Below, one piece after another: positions 47,132-54,206 of a stretch of 64,000 nucleotides of DNA (position 1 is the first letter of the stretch; the number at the start of each line of letters is the position of its first letter). The notes beneath the pieces were generated by a model. It ran no database searches. It had not been told where the DNA came from and saw only the letters and a list, made by a program, of their open reading frames with translations. The stretch lies in the NCBI GenBank assembly GCA_035512515.1, contig DATKDY010000261.1, positions 33,575 through 97,574 on the forward strand, written 5' to 3'. This DNA comes from Vicinamibacterales bacterium (GTDB lineage Bacteria; Acidobacteriota; Vicinamibacteria; Vicinamibacterales; UBA2999). Both the position numbers and the translations under genes were made by a program.

Positions 47132-48193
47132 ATGCTGGTGCTAGGTATCGAAACGTCGTGTGACGAAACGGCCGCTGCCGTCGTGAGCGCAGGTGAAGGG
47201 GGGGTGCCTCCGTGGCAGTTGCGGTCCAGCATCGTTGCGTCTCAGGTGGACATTCATCGGGAATGGGGAGGCGTGGTGCCTGAGCTGGCCGCGCGGCAGC
47301 ACGTGCGCGACATTTGTGGCACCGTCGAGCGGGCGTTGCACGAAGCCGCGGTCACTTGGGCCGACCTCGACGCCGTGGCGGTCACGCAGGGCCCCGGATT
47401 GGTCGGATCGCTGCTGGTCGGCGTCGCCTTCGCGAAGACTGCGGCGTGGGCCGCAGGCACCCCTCTCGTCGCCGTCAACCATCTGGCCGGCCATATCGAA
47501 TCGTTGTGGCTGCAAAACGGCGAGCTTCCGGCACCGGCCGTGGTCCTCGTGGTCTCGGGCGGCCACACCAGCCTGTATCTCGTGCCGCGCCCCGGAGAGT
47601 ATCGTCCAATTGGACGAACGCGGGACGACGCGGCTGGGGAGGCGTACGACAAAGTGGCGAAGCTCCTTGGCCTGGGATATCCCGGCGGACCGATCATCGA
47701 CCGGTTGGCGAGAGGCGTGGATCCAGGCGCCATCGCGTTGCCGGCGACGCGGCTGACGCATCCGGATCGCAACGCGCCCACGCGCGAATACCGCTTCGAT
47801 TTCAGCTTCAGCGGGCTCAAAACCGCGGTGCTGCGGCACGTGCGCGACCGGCAGGCTCGAATCGGGAGCGACCACTTGCCCGAAGAGGAGATTCGCCTGC
47901 TGGCGGCGAGCTTCCAGGCCCGCGTCGTGGACACGCTGGTGAAGCGGACGTTTGCCGCCGCGCGCTGGCACAACGCCCGGTCCATCGGCATCGCCGGCGG
48001 CGTGTCGGCGAACTCGCGCTTGCGCGAGGTCGCCCAGGCGCGCGGTGAGCGCGTCGGCACGCCGGTGTTCGTGCCCAGTCCGCACCTGTCCACCGACAAC
48101 GCCGCGATGATTGCGGCCGCCGGGCTGCGAAAACTCGCGCGCGGTCAGTTTGCCGCGCATGACCTCAACGCGGCGGCGTCGCTTCCGCTCTGA
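47132..48193 (+). CDS. tsaD: tRNA N6-adenosine threonylcarbamoyltransferase
   Basis: The product contains MLVLGIETSCDETAAAVV..VAVTQGPGLVGSLLVG..VNHLAGH..VSGGHT..GEAYDKVAKLLGLGYPGGP..GGVSANSRLR. Confidence 0.95.
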   Translation: MLVLGIETSCDETAAAVVSAGEGGVPPWQLRSSIVASQVDIHREWGGVVPELAARQHVRDICGTVERALHEAAVTWADLDAVAVTQGPGLVGSLLVGVAFAKTAAWAAGTPLVAVNHLAGHIESLWLQNGELPAPAVVLVVSGGHTSLYLVPRPGEYRPIGRTRDDAAGEAYDKVAKLLGLGYPGGPIIDRLARGVDPGAIALPATRLTHPDRNAPTREYRFDFSFSGLKTAVLRHVRDRQARIGSDHLPEEEIRLLAASFQARVVDTLVKRTFAAARWHNARSIGIAGGVSANSRLREVAQARGERVGTPVFVPSPHLSTDNAAMIAAAGLRKLARGQFAAHDLNAAASLPL

Positions 48194-48280
48194 GCAGCGA
48201 TGGAAGCGCCTCCTGCCGGTAGGCGAAGATCCGCCCGACGTCGCGCCGGACAAACGCGCTGCTCACCCATCGCATCCGCA

Positions 48281-48384
48281 GAACCTCGCTCCTCGTCGAG
48301 GGCCGGCTTCGCCGGTGGGCCGCGCTTCGCGCGGGGGGCGGGGCCTTCGGCCCGCGGGCGGCGCTGACGCGCCGATCACCGCCT
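48281..48384 (+). repeat. GC-rich REP-like element, copy 1 (three consecutive GC stems closed over TTC loops plus a GGCGC-TGAC-GCGCC stem)
   Basis: A direct read gives ..gagggCCGGCttcGCCGGtgggCCGCGCttcGCGCGGggggcgGGGCCttcGGCCCgcgggcGGCGCtgacGCGCCgatcaccgcct. Confidence 0.9.
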
Positions 48385-48441
48385 CGCGCCACGGCGCGCC
48401 CTTCCGGCGCGAAGCTCCGCCTTCGGCCTGGCGCGCATACA

Positions 48442-48540
48442 GGACCTCGCGCCTCGAGGGCCGGCTTCGCCGGTGGCCGCGCTTCGCGCGGGGGGCGGGC
48501 CTTCGGCCTGCGGGCGGCGCTGACGCGCCGATCACCGCCT
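48442..48540 (+). repeat. GC-rich REP-like element, copy 2 (direct repeat of 48281-48384, ~93% identical)
   Basis: This comes from a direct by-eye alignment with copy 1. Related copies are at 56860-57075 (same orientation) and 34610-34690 (inverted). Confidence 0.9.
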
Positions 48541-48677
48541 AACGCCGTGACTTATCCCAACCTGGTTCGGCCGTTCGCCGAAATCGGCATCCAGACCCAG
48601 CCGTCGGACATGTCGTTCTCGGTGGCGTGCCCGCCGTGATTGTGCCCGGGACCACCCAGTCAACAGGCCAGGTTGCA

Positions 48678-48952
48678 TTAGCCGAGCACTCGAAGGCCGG
48701 GGATCGCGTCGAAGTGCCTGCGGTTCGCGGTTACGAGCGTGGCGTCGTCGACAACGGCACCCGTCGCGATGAGCAGGTCCATCGCGCCAACGGTCTTCCC
48801 CGTTCGCTGCAGCTTGACGAGCGTGTCGCCATAGACCGGCGGCGAAACGCTCGTCGGGGTACACGACGGTCAGGACCTGGGAACAACGCCCGCACGCGCG
48901 CCAGCTCGCGAAGCAGATCGATCAGGTACGACGAATCGGCGTGGATCACCAT
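48678..48952 (-). pseudogene. vapC: PIN-domain toxin VapC, degraded (two frame changes, ~40 aa missing)
   Basis: Frame 1 gives MVIHADSSYLIDLLRELARVRA.. A second frame gives ..VLTVVYPDERFAAG.. A third gives ..VYGDTLVKLQRTGKTVGAMDLLIATGAVVDDATLVTANRRHFDAIPGLRVLG*. The span is 275 nt, which is not a multiple of 3. Confidence 0.6.
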
Positions 48953-49179
48953 GTCGGAACGCGCGCGGCACTGCGGCGGCGCGCCCGAATCTGCGACCCC
49001 ACCGCGTCAAGGGTTTCCTCGGAGATCGAGAGCCGCTTCACGGCCTCCAGCAGGTCCTGTCCCGTCGAGCCGCCGGCAAAATGTTGCTTGATCACCTCGG
49101 AGAAGGACTGGCCGGGGCGTTTCCGGCGCGCCAGAGTCTCGTACGCTTCGAGGTCGATCGTGATGGTCTTGACAGCCAT
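48946..49179 (-). CDS. vapB: VapB-type antitoxin (PF02697-like, MxxKTITIxxEAYExL)
   Basis: The product begins MAVKTITIDLEAYETLARRKRPGQSFSEVIKQHF.. Its stop overlaps the vapC ATG (ATGGTGA). Confidence 0.65.
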   Translation of the reverse strand: MAVKTITIDLEAYETLARRKRPGQSFSEVIKQHFAGGSTGQDLLEAVKRLSISEETLDAVGSQIRARRRSAARVPTW

Positions 49180-49384
49180 GCACTTAGCGTGCACTTTCGG
49201 TGCGCTCGGGTCAACGAATCCTCGATGTACACGTCCTCGATGGAGACCTCCAAGCTCCATGCCTGACGCGTGGCGGCGGCCATTGTCGCGGCCGTCAGGT
49301 CCCGGCCTGACGCCGGCGTCGCGTCCAGTCGCCACTTTGCGGCCGTCGCCGTCAGCATCCCGCCGTAGCTCTTTGACACCGCGC

Positions 49385-49414
49385 TTGACTGAGCATACGC
49401 AGCTTGCGTAGGAT
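49385..49414 (+). promoter_or_regulatory. putative higBA promoter (TTGACT, 18 nt, TAGGAT) with an embedded 6-3-6 palindrome TACGCA-GCT-TGCGTA (operator candidate)
   Basis: This is a direct read. The -10 ends 7 nt before the GTG start at 49421, which suggests a leaderless transcript. Confidence 0.4.
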
Positions 49415-49420
49415 CGAGTA

Positions 49421-49769
49421 GTGGAGTTCATTGAGGCGCCGCTATTCACGCAGCTCCTCCAGGACTTCCTAACGGACGACGAATATCGCGCGCTTCAGCA
49501 GCATCTGAGCCGCGACCCCGAAGCCGGCGACATGATCCCTGGCACCGGCGGCTTCCGGAAGCTGCGGTGGGCGGATGCGCAAAGGCAAGCGCGGCGGACT
49601 CCGCTTGATTTACTACTACTTCCTCGCGGATTCGCAGATCTGGCTGATGACCGTTTATGACAAGGATTTGATGGCCGACCTGAGCCCCGCCGAGAAGCGC
49701 GTTCTCAAGTCAGCAGTCGAACGCGAGACGCGAGAGCGCGCGAGACGTAGGGCGGAACGGAGCAAATAG
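49421..49769 (+). pseudogene. higB: HigB-2/RelE-family toxin split by a single-base frameshift near 49580
   Basis: ORF 49421..49660 gives MEFIEAPLFTQLLQDFLTDDEYRALQQHLSRDPEAGDMIPGTGGFRKLRWADA. ORF 49575..49769 (+1 frame) continues KGKRGGLRLIYYYFLADSQIWLMTVYDKDLMADLSPAEK.. Together they match the HigB-2 pattern GTGGLRKxR..GKGKRGGxRxIYY. Confidence 0.7.
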
Positions 49770-49771
49770 CG

Positions 49772-50125
49772 ATGGCAAAGAGGACCAAGCGAGGCACGAC
49801 ACCGAAAAAGCGGAGCCTGTTCCGCGAACTCATGTCAGGTGTGCAGGCGATGCGCGACCATCGCGAGGGGCGCCTTACGTTGCGGACTCATCAGGTAGAG
49901 CCCATCACCGTTCCCACCGTCGATCCGGATTTCGTTCGGGAGACACGCGAAGCGCTCCACATGTCCCGACAGGTGTTCGCGTTCAAGATCGGCGTCAACC
50001 CCCGGACTCTTGAAAGGTGGGAGCAGGGACGCAGCAAACCCAACGAGCAGGCTTCCGCGCTGATCAGACTCGTTCGAAAATACCCGGACACGCTTGAACG
50101 TCTGGAGTCGCTAAGCATATCGTGA
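49772..50125 (+). CDS. higA: HigA-2-type HTH (XRE family) antitoxin
   Basis: The product contains ..LFRELMSGVQAMRDHREG.. and ..MSRQVFAFKIGVNPRTLERWEQGRSKPNEQASALIRLV... It lies 2 nt after the toxin stop. Confidence 0.8.
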   Translation: MAKRTKRGTTPKKRSLFRELMSGVQAMRDHREGRLTLRTHQVEPITVPTVDPDFVRETREALHMSRQVFAFKIGVNPRTLERWEQGRSKPNEQASALIRLVRKYPDTLERLESLSIS

Positions 50126-50134
50126 GGAACACCC

Positions 50135-50548
50135 GTGACCGTACTGACCGAGTATCTCTGGTTCACCACTGAAAAACGCCAGGAGTTCGTCCGCATCACG
50201 GACGAAGTCGCTGCCATCGTGACGAAAAGCGGCGTCCACGAAGGCATGGTGCTGGTCTCGGCGATGCACATCACGGCGGCCGTCTACGTCAACGACTGGG
50301 AAGACGGCCTCATTCACGATTTTCAGGTCTGGCTCGAAAAGCTGGCGCCGGCCGGCCTCAATTACAGGCATCACCAGACCGGCGAGGACAACGCCGATGC
50401 GCACCTCAAGCGCACCCTGATGGGTCATCAGGTGATCCTGCCCATCACCAAAGGCCAACTCGATCTCGGTCCCTGGGAGCAGGTCTTCTACGCCGAGTTC
50501 GATGGCCAGCGCAAGAAGCGCGTCGTCGTCAAGGTCATGGGGGAGTGA
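50135..50548 (+). CDS. YjbQ/UPF0047 family protein (secondary thiamine-phosphate synthase fold)
   Basis: The product contains ..[73 protein letters not shown]. Confidence 0.9.
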   Translation: MTVLTEYLWFTTEKRQEFVRITDEVAAIVTKSGVHEGMVLVSAMHITAAVYVNDWEDGLIHDFQVWLEKLAPAGLNYRHHQTGEDNADAHLKRTLMGHQVILPITKGQLDLGPWEQVFYAEFDGQRKKRVVVKVMGE

Positions 50549-50550
50549 AG

Positions 50551-50610
50551 CCAGGTGCGGCCGGGTGCGATCGGGTGCGACCGGGTGCGGGCAGGTGCGG
50601 CCGAGGTGTC
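50551..50610. repeat. six phased 10-mers (CCGGGTGCGN type), followed to ~50720 by GC-rich GCCGAAGGC/GCCTTCGGC-type REP fragments
   Basis: A direct read gives ccaggtgcgg ccgggtgcga tcgggtgcga ccgggtgcgg gcaggtgcgg ccgaggtgtc. Confidence 0.9.
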
Positions 50611-50731
50611 CGGGCGTGAGCCCGGCCCGCTCGCCGAAGGCGTGCCCTCGCGCCGCAGGCGCGCCCTCGGCCGAAGGCCGCCGAGGCTGCGGGCGGGTGC
50701 GGTGGCACGCGTGGCGCGGTAAGGTAATGAC

Positions 50732-50959
50732 ATGACGCGCGAGCAGCAGAAGGCCTACGTGAAGAACTGGGGCGAGACGGGTCGCTGGCTCGAGGAGATT
50801 CGCTGGCGGGAACTGGCCAGCCTTGACGACACTGCCGCGTTGCGGGCGACCAAGGACCTTCTGGAGCTGGGATTATTGACACCGCTGCCGCCCCATCGTC
50901 ACACGTGGTCCGGCCTGATCGACCTTCAGGATCTCCTGCATTCGCGACAGGACCCATGA
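50732..50959 (+). CDS. hypothetical 75-aa protein, ATGA-coupled to the nucleotidyltransferase stub (possible antitoxin-like partner)
   Basis: The product begins MTREQQKAYVKNWGETGRWLEEIRWRELASLDD... Small ORFs of this style precede nucleotidyltransferase genes, but this is from memory and unverified. Confidence 0.45.
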   Translation: MTREQQKAYVKNWGETGRWLEEIRWRELASLDDTAALRATKDLLELGLLTPLPPHRHTWSGLIDLQDLLHSRQDP

Positions 50960-51070
50960 CTCGGCTGCTGTTGGCGGCCCTTGATGTGCAGACGTTCTGC
51001 GAATCGCGAGGTGGCGGTTGTGTATCATCGGCGGCATCGCCGTACAGCGGTGGGGCGAGCCCCGTGCCCG
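50956..51070 (+). pseudogene. nucleotidyltransferase-family gene stub (first ~40 codons, frameshifted)
   Basis: The sequence reads MTRLLLAALDVQTFCESR, then after a frame change RWRLCIIGGIAVQRWGEPR. There is no continuation of the fold. The identification is tentative. Confidence 0.4.
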
Positions 51071-51081
51071 AGCGCTCGCAC

Positions 51082-52014
51082 CTGGAGATCCGCTTTCCAC
51101 GCGTTGAGGGCTACCGCCAAGCGATCCGCAATCGTGTCAGCGTTGACTGGGACCGGGTGCCGCCGCTCTGGCTCGATCCCGGCAAGATTCCGCCGGAGGT
51201 CGAGGTCAAGGCCTCGCTGCCCACCAACACTGGTCGGCCGTCGTTGATGGGTCCCGGTCGGCACGAAAGTCTCAACCTCAATCCCTACCGCAAGGGCCGT
51301 CGCGTGCAGGAATTGGTGTTCGAGATGGCGAAGGACCTGACGCGTGAGTACGTGAAGAACCAGGCCGAAGTGCCTGCGCACGTGCTCTTTCCGCAGCTTG
51401 CGATCATCGTGCAGCGGTATGTCCAGGACAAGGTCGTCCCGATCGCGCCGGCAGAGAAGGTGGATCTGTACCTGTCCCCGTACTACGGCTGGGCGATCGA
51501 GCAGCTCGTGAGCGCCATTCGCCCCGACGCCAGCAGGGGCGAGGCGCCGGAAGTGCCGCGCTACGAAACGAACCGGGAACCGGGCTCCACCGCCGAAGTT
51601 GATTACTGGACCTCCAAGGACGTACGCGAAACGCTGAAAAGTCATGTCAACTACGTCGTCGCCGATACCAAGGTGTGGGAGCAGTCAGCCGCCTACATTC
51701 TCGACACGCACCCGTTGGTGCAGGCGTTTGTCAAGAACGCAGGACTTGGGTTCGCGATCCCTTACCTGCACAACGGCCAGACGCACGACTACGTGCCGGA
51801 TTTCGTCGTCCGACTGGAGTCCGTGGAGCCGCGACATCTCATCGTGGAAACCAAGGGGTTCGATCCGCTCGCGGAGATCAAAGCAGCGTCGGCGGAGCGT
51901 TGGGTGGCGGCCGTCAATGCGGACGGCCAGTTCGGGCGCTGGGAATTCCGAATGGCGCGCAGCGTCGGTGCCGTCCGGCAAGCGCTCGACGAGGTGAGTG
52001 CCGAAAGCCGATAG
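51082..52014 (+). pseudogene. C-terminal ~310 aa of a type III-like restriction enzyme (Res/BPTD_3080-type), helicase part absent
   Basis: The product contains ..FPRVEGYRQAI.. and ends with a PD-(D/E)xK-like endonuclease module ..HDYVPDFVVRLESVEPRHLIVETKGFDPLAEIKAASAERWVAAVNADGQFGRWEF.. The reading frame is fused upstream to unrelated sequence. Confidence 0.6.
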
Positions 52015-52075
52015 CGCTGATAGCTGATAGCTGATAGCTGATAGCTGTAAGCTGAAAGCCGAAAGCCCAGAGCTG
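52001..52075. repeat. 7-mer array GC[CT]GA[AT]A x~11 (core GCTGATA x4)
   Basis: A direct read gives gccgaaa gccgata gcgctgata gctgata gctgata gctgata gctgtaa gctgaaa gccgaaa gcccaga gctg. It supplies the stop of the preceding ORF and ends 2 nt before the NUDIX GTG. Confidence 0.92.
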
Positions 52076-52077
52076 CT

Positions 52078-52509
52078 GTGTCGAACGAGTTTCCCTCCTC
52101 GCCCATCCTCGGCGTCGGTGCTGTCATCGTCAAGGACGGCAAGGCGCTCATCGTCAAACGTGCGAACGATCCGTATAAAGGCCAGTGGTCGATTCCCGGC
52201 GGACGGGTCGAACTCGGCGAGACGCTGACCGATGCCGTGCGACGCGAGATGCGTGAAGAGACCGGACTCGAGGTCCGCGTCGGGTCGGTGATTGAGGTGT
52301 TCGAGCGCGTCGAACGCGAAGACGACCGCATCCGGCACCACTTCGTGATCGTCGATTACCTCTGCACATGCGTGGGCGGGGCTCTCTGCGCCGGCGACGA
52401 TGCGGTCGATGCCGTGTGGGTGACGAGTGAAGGGCTCGAAGCGTATCGAGTCAGCGAATCTGCGGTGGCGGTAATCCGGAAAGCATTGTCGACTGGTTGG
52501 CCGGGCTGA
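52078..52509 (+). CDS. NUDIX hydrolase
   Basis: The Nudix box is GGRVELGETLTDAVRREMREETGL. Confidence 0.85.
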   Translation: MSNEFPSSPILGVGAVIVKDGKALIVKRANDPYKGQWSIPGGRVELGETLTDAVRREMREETGLEVRVGSVIEVFERVEREDDRIRHHFVIVDYLCTCVGGALCAGDDAVDAVWVTSEGLEAYRVSESAVAVIRKALSTGWPG

Positions 52510-52576
52510 AGCCCGGCCCCGCGCATTCACGTGGCCCGCGCACTCGCAAGCTGGCCGGTTGTTGTAAGGTGTGCAC

Positions 52577-53149
52577 ATGCAGGTGTCGAGGGATCTCGCG
52601 TGGCAGTTGCTGACGGAGTGGACCGCGAGCGAGAGCTTGCGCAAGCACGCGCTCGCCGTCGAGGCGGCCGTCTGTGGCTACGCGCGCCAGTTTGGTGAGA
52701 ACGAAGAAGAGTGGGGCGTCGTCGCGCTGCTGCACGACTACGATTACGAGCGCTACCCGACGCTGGGCGATCATCCGCACAAAGGATGTGAGCATCTGCG
52801 GTCTCTCGGCTACCCCGAGTGGGTGATGCGCGCGATCCTCTCGCACGCGTCCGAGATCACCGGGATCGAGCCGGAGACGCCTCTGGAAAAAACCCTCGTC
52901 GCCTGCGACGAGATGGCCGGGTTCGTGACCGCCGCCTCGCTGGTGCGGCCATCCAAGAGCGTGTTGGACCTCGAGGCGGCATCGGTCATCAAGCGAATGA
53001 AAGACAAGGCGTTTGCCCGGCAGGTGCCGCGCGATCACCTCGCGCGCGGGGCGGAGCTCATGGGGTTGCCACTCGACCGGCACGTCACCAATGTCATTGT
53101 CTTCATGCGCGAGAAGGCTGACGATTTGGGACTCCGAGGAACGCTGTAG
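52577..53149 (+). CDS. HD-domain (HDIG-like) metal-dependent phosphohydrolase
   Basis: The product contains ..LRKHALAVEAAV.. and ..ALLHDYDYE..GDHPHKG.. The start is ATG 52577 after AAGG. Confidence 0.8.
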   Translation: MQVSRDLAWQLLTEWTASESLRKHALAVEAAVCGYARQFGENEEEWGVVALLHDYDYERYPTLGDHPHKGCEHLRSLGYPEWVMRAILSHASEITGIEPETPLEKTLVACDEMAGFVTAASLVRPSKSVLDLEAASVIKRMKDKAFARQVPRDHLARGAELMGLPLDRHVTNVIVFMREKADDLGLRGTL

Positions 53150-53175
53150 CGCAGGGTTCCGTATACTTCAACAGC

Positions 53176-54204
53176 ATGCCGGAGCCGATCGGCGGGGCGG
53201 AATCCCCGCCCTCCCCGCCTCAATTTCACCCTACGCCCCCTGTCCTGAGCGACGCGCAGCGAATCGAAGGCACTGATCCGACCCAACCGGTGGTGCACTG
53301 CGAAAACCTCAGCGTGCGGTTCGGCAAGCAGTGGGCGCTCGAGGACGTGTCAGCGCAATTCATGGGCGGCGCCGTGGGTCTGCTTGGGCCAAACGGCGCA
53401 GGGAAGAGCACGCTCATCAAAACCCTGCTGGGTTTCGTGAAGCCGGATCGGGGCAGCATGTCGGTCCTGGGTATGAACGTCGCCGAGCGCCCGCTCGATA
53501 TCCGCGCGCGCATCGGCTACATGCCGGAGAGCGACGGTCACATCCCCGGCATGAATGCGGTCTCGTTTGTCGCCTATTGCGCCCAGTTGTCCGGCCTTCC
53601 CGTGTCGGATGCCATGCAGCGCGCGCACGAGGTGCTCTACTACGTTGGCCTGGGCGAGGCACGCTATCGCAACCTCGAAACCTACTCGACCGGCATGAAG
53701 CAGCGCATCAAGCTCGCACAAGCCCTGGTGCACGATCCGGACCTGCTGTTCCTCGACGAACCCACCAACGGCATGGATCCGAAAGGCCGTGACGAGATGC
53801 TGGAGCTGATTCGCGACCTTGCGCACAACAAGGGCGTCAACCTGATCCTCTCGTCGCATCTGCTTCCGGACGTCGAATACACCTGCGAGCGCGTCGTGGT
53901 GATGGACAAGGGCACCATTGCCGCGGCCGGACCGATCGAAGCGCTCAAGGGGCCGGCCGGGCGCGTCTACGAACTGCGAATCAAAGGCGACAGCGCCGAA
54001 TTCATCGCCGTGCTGCGGCGGGAGGGGTACGAGTGCCACGACACGGAAGAAGACGTGATGCGCGTCTTCGTGCCGGGCACGTCGGCTGAGGGTGCGCTCG
54101 TGCTGTTCCAGCTTGCGGCGCGCGAGGGCGCGCAAATCCGGCACCTGCGTCCCAGCGTCCCGACGCTCGAAGACGTGTTTGCCCGTGCCGTGGGTGAGAT
54201 CTAG
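53176..54204 (+). CDS. ABC transporter ATP-binding protein (ABC-2 type, with C-terminal extension)
   Basis: It has Walker A GPNGAGKST, the signature YSTGMKQR and Walker B LLFLDEPTNGMD. Confidence 0.9.
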   Translation: MPEPIGGAESPPSPPQFHPTPPVLSDAQRIEGTDPTQPVVHCENLSVRFGKQWALEDVSAQFMGGAVGLLGPNGAGKSTLIKTLLGFVKPDRGSMSVLGMNVAERPLDIRARIGYMPESDGHIPGMNAVSFVAYCAQLSGLPVSDAMQRAHEVLYYVGLGEARYRNLETYSTGMKQRIKLAQALVHDPDLLFLDEPTNGMDPKGRDEMLELIRDLAHNKGVNLILSSHLLPDVEYTCERVVVMDKGTIAAAGPIEALKGPAGRVYELRIKGDSAEFIAVLRREGYECHDTEEDVMRVFVPGTSAEGALVLFQLAAREGAQIRHLRPSVPTLEDVFARAVGEI

Positions 54205-54206
54205 CG

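Noticed and set aside
46859-47232. Minus-strand ORFs encoding SFLVSFLV.../RSSCRSSCRS... repeat peptides; similar repeat-derived ORFs at 6578..6859 (TCPTCPTCP), 27830..28093 and 16491..16931
   Set aside because: Their entire sequence is a translation of the nucleotide repeat arrays. They have no start context and overlap real gene ends. I treat them as non-coding.
48111-48542. 143-aa + strand ORF and the 48263..48535 minus-strand ORF
   Set aside because: These are translations of the two REP-like copies (repeated RLRRWPRFARGAGLRPAGGADAPITA). The coding appearance is purely a result of GC-rich repeats.
49092-49379. 95-aa minus-strand ORF between vapB and higB (possible further PIN remnant)
   Set aside because: It overlaps vapB in another frame, and its weak resemblance to a PIN C-terminus is not convincing by eye. 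I left it unannotated.
50905-52014. 369-aa ORF as an intact protein-coding gene
   Set aside because: Its N-terminus is out-of-frame nucleotidyltransferase sequence. The rest corresponds only to the C-terminal third of a much larger restriction-enzyme family. I annotated it as fused pseudogene fragments.
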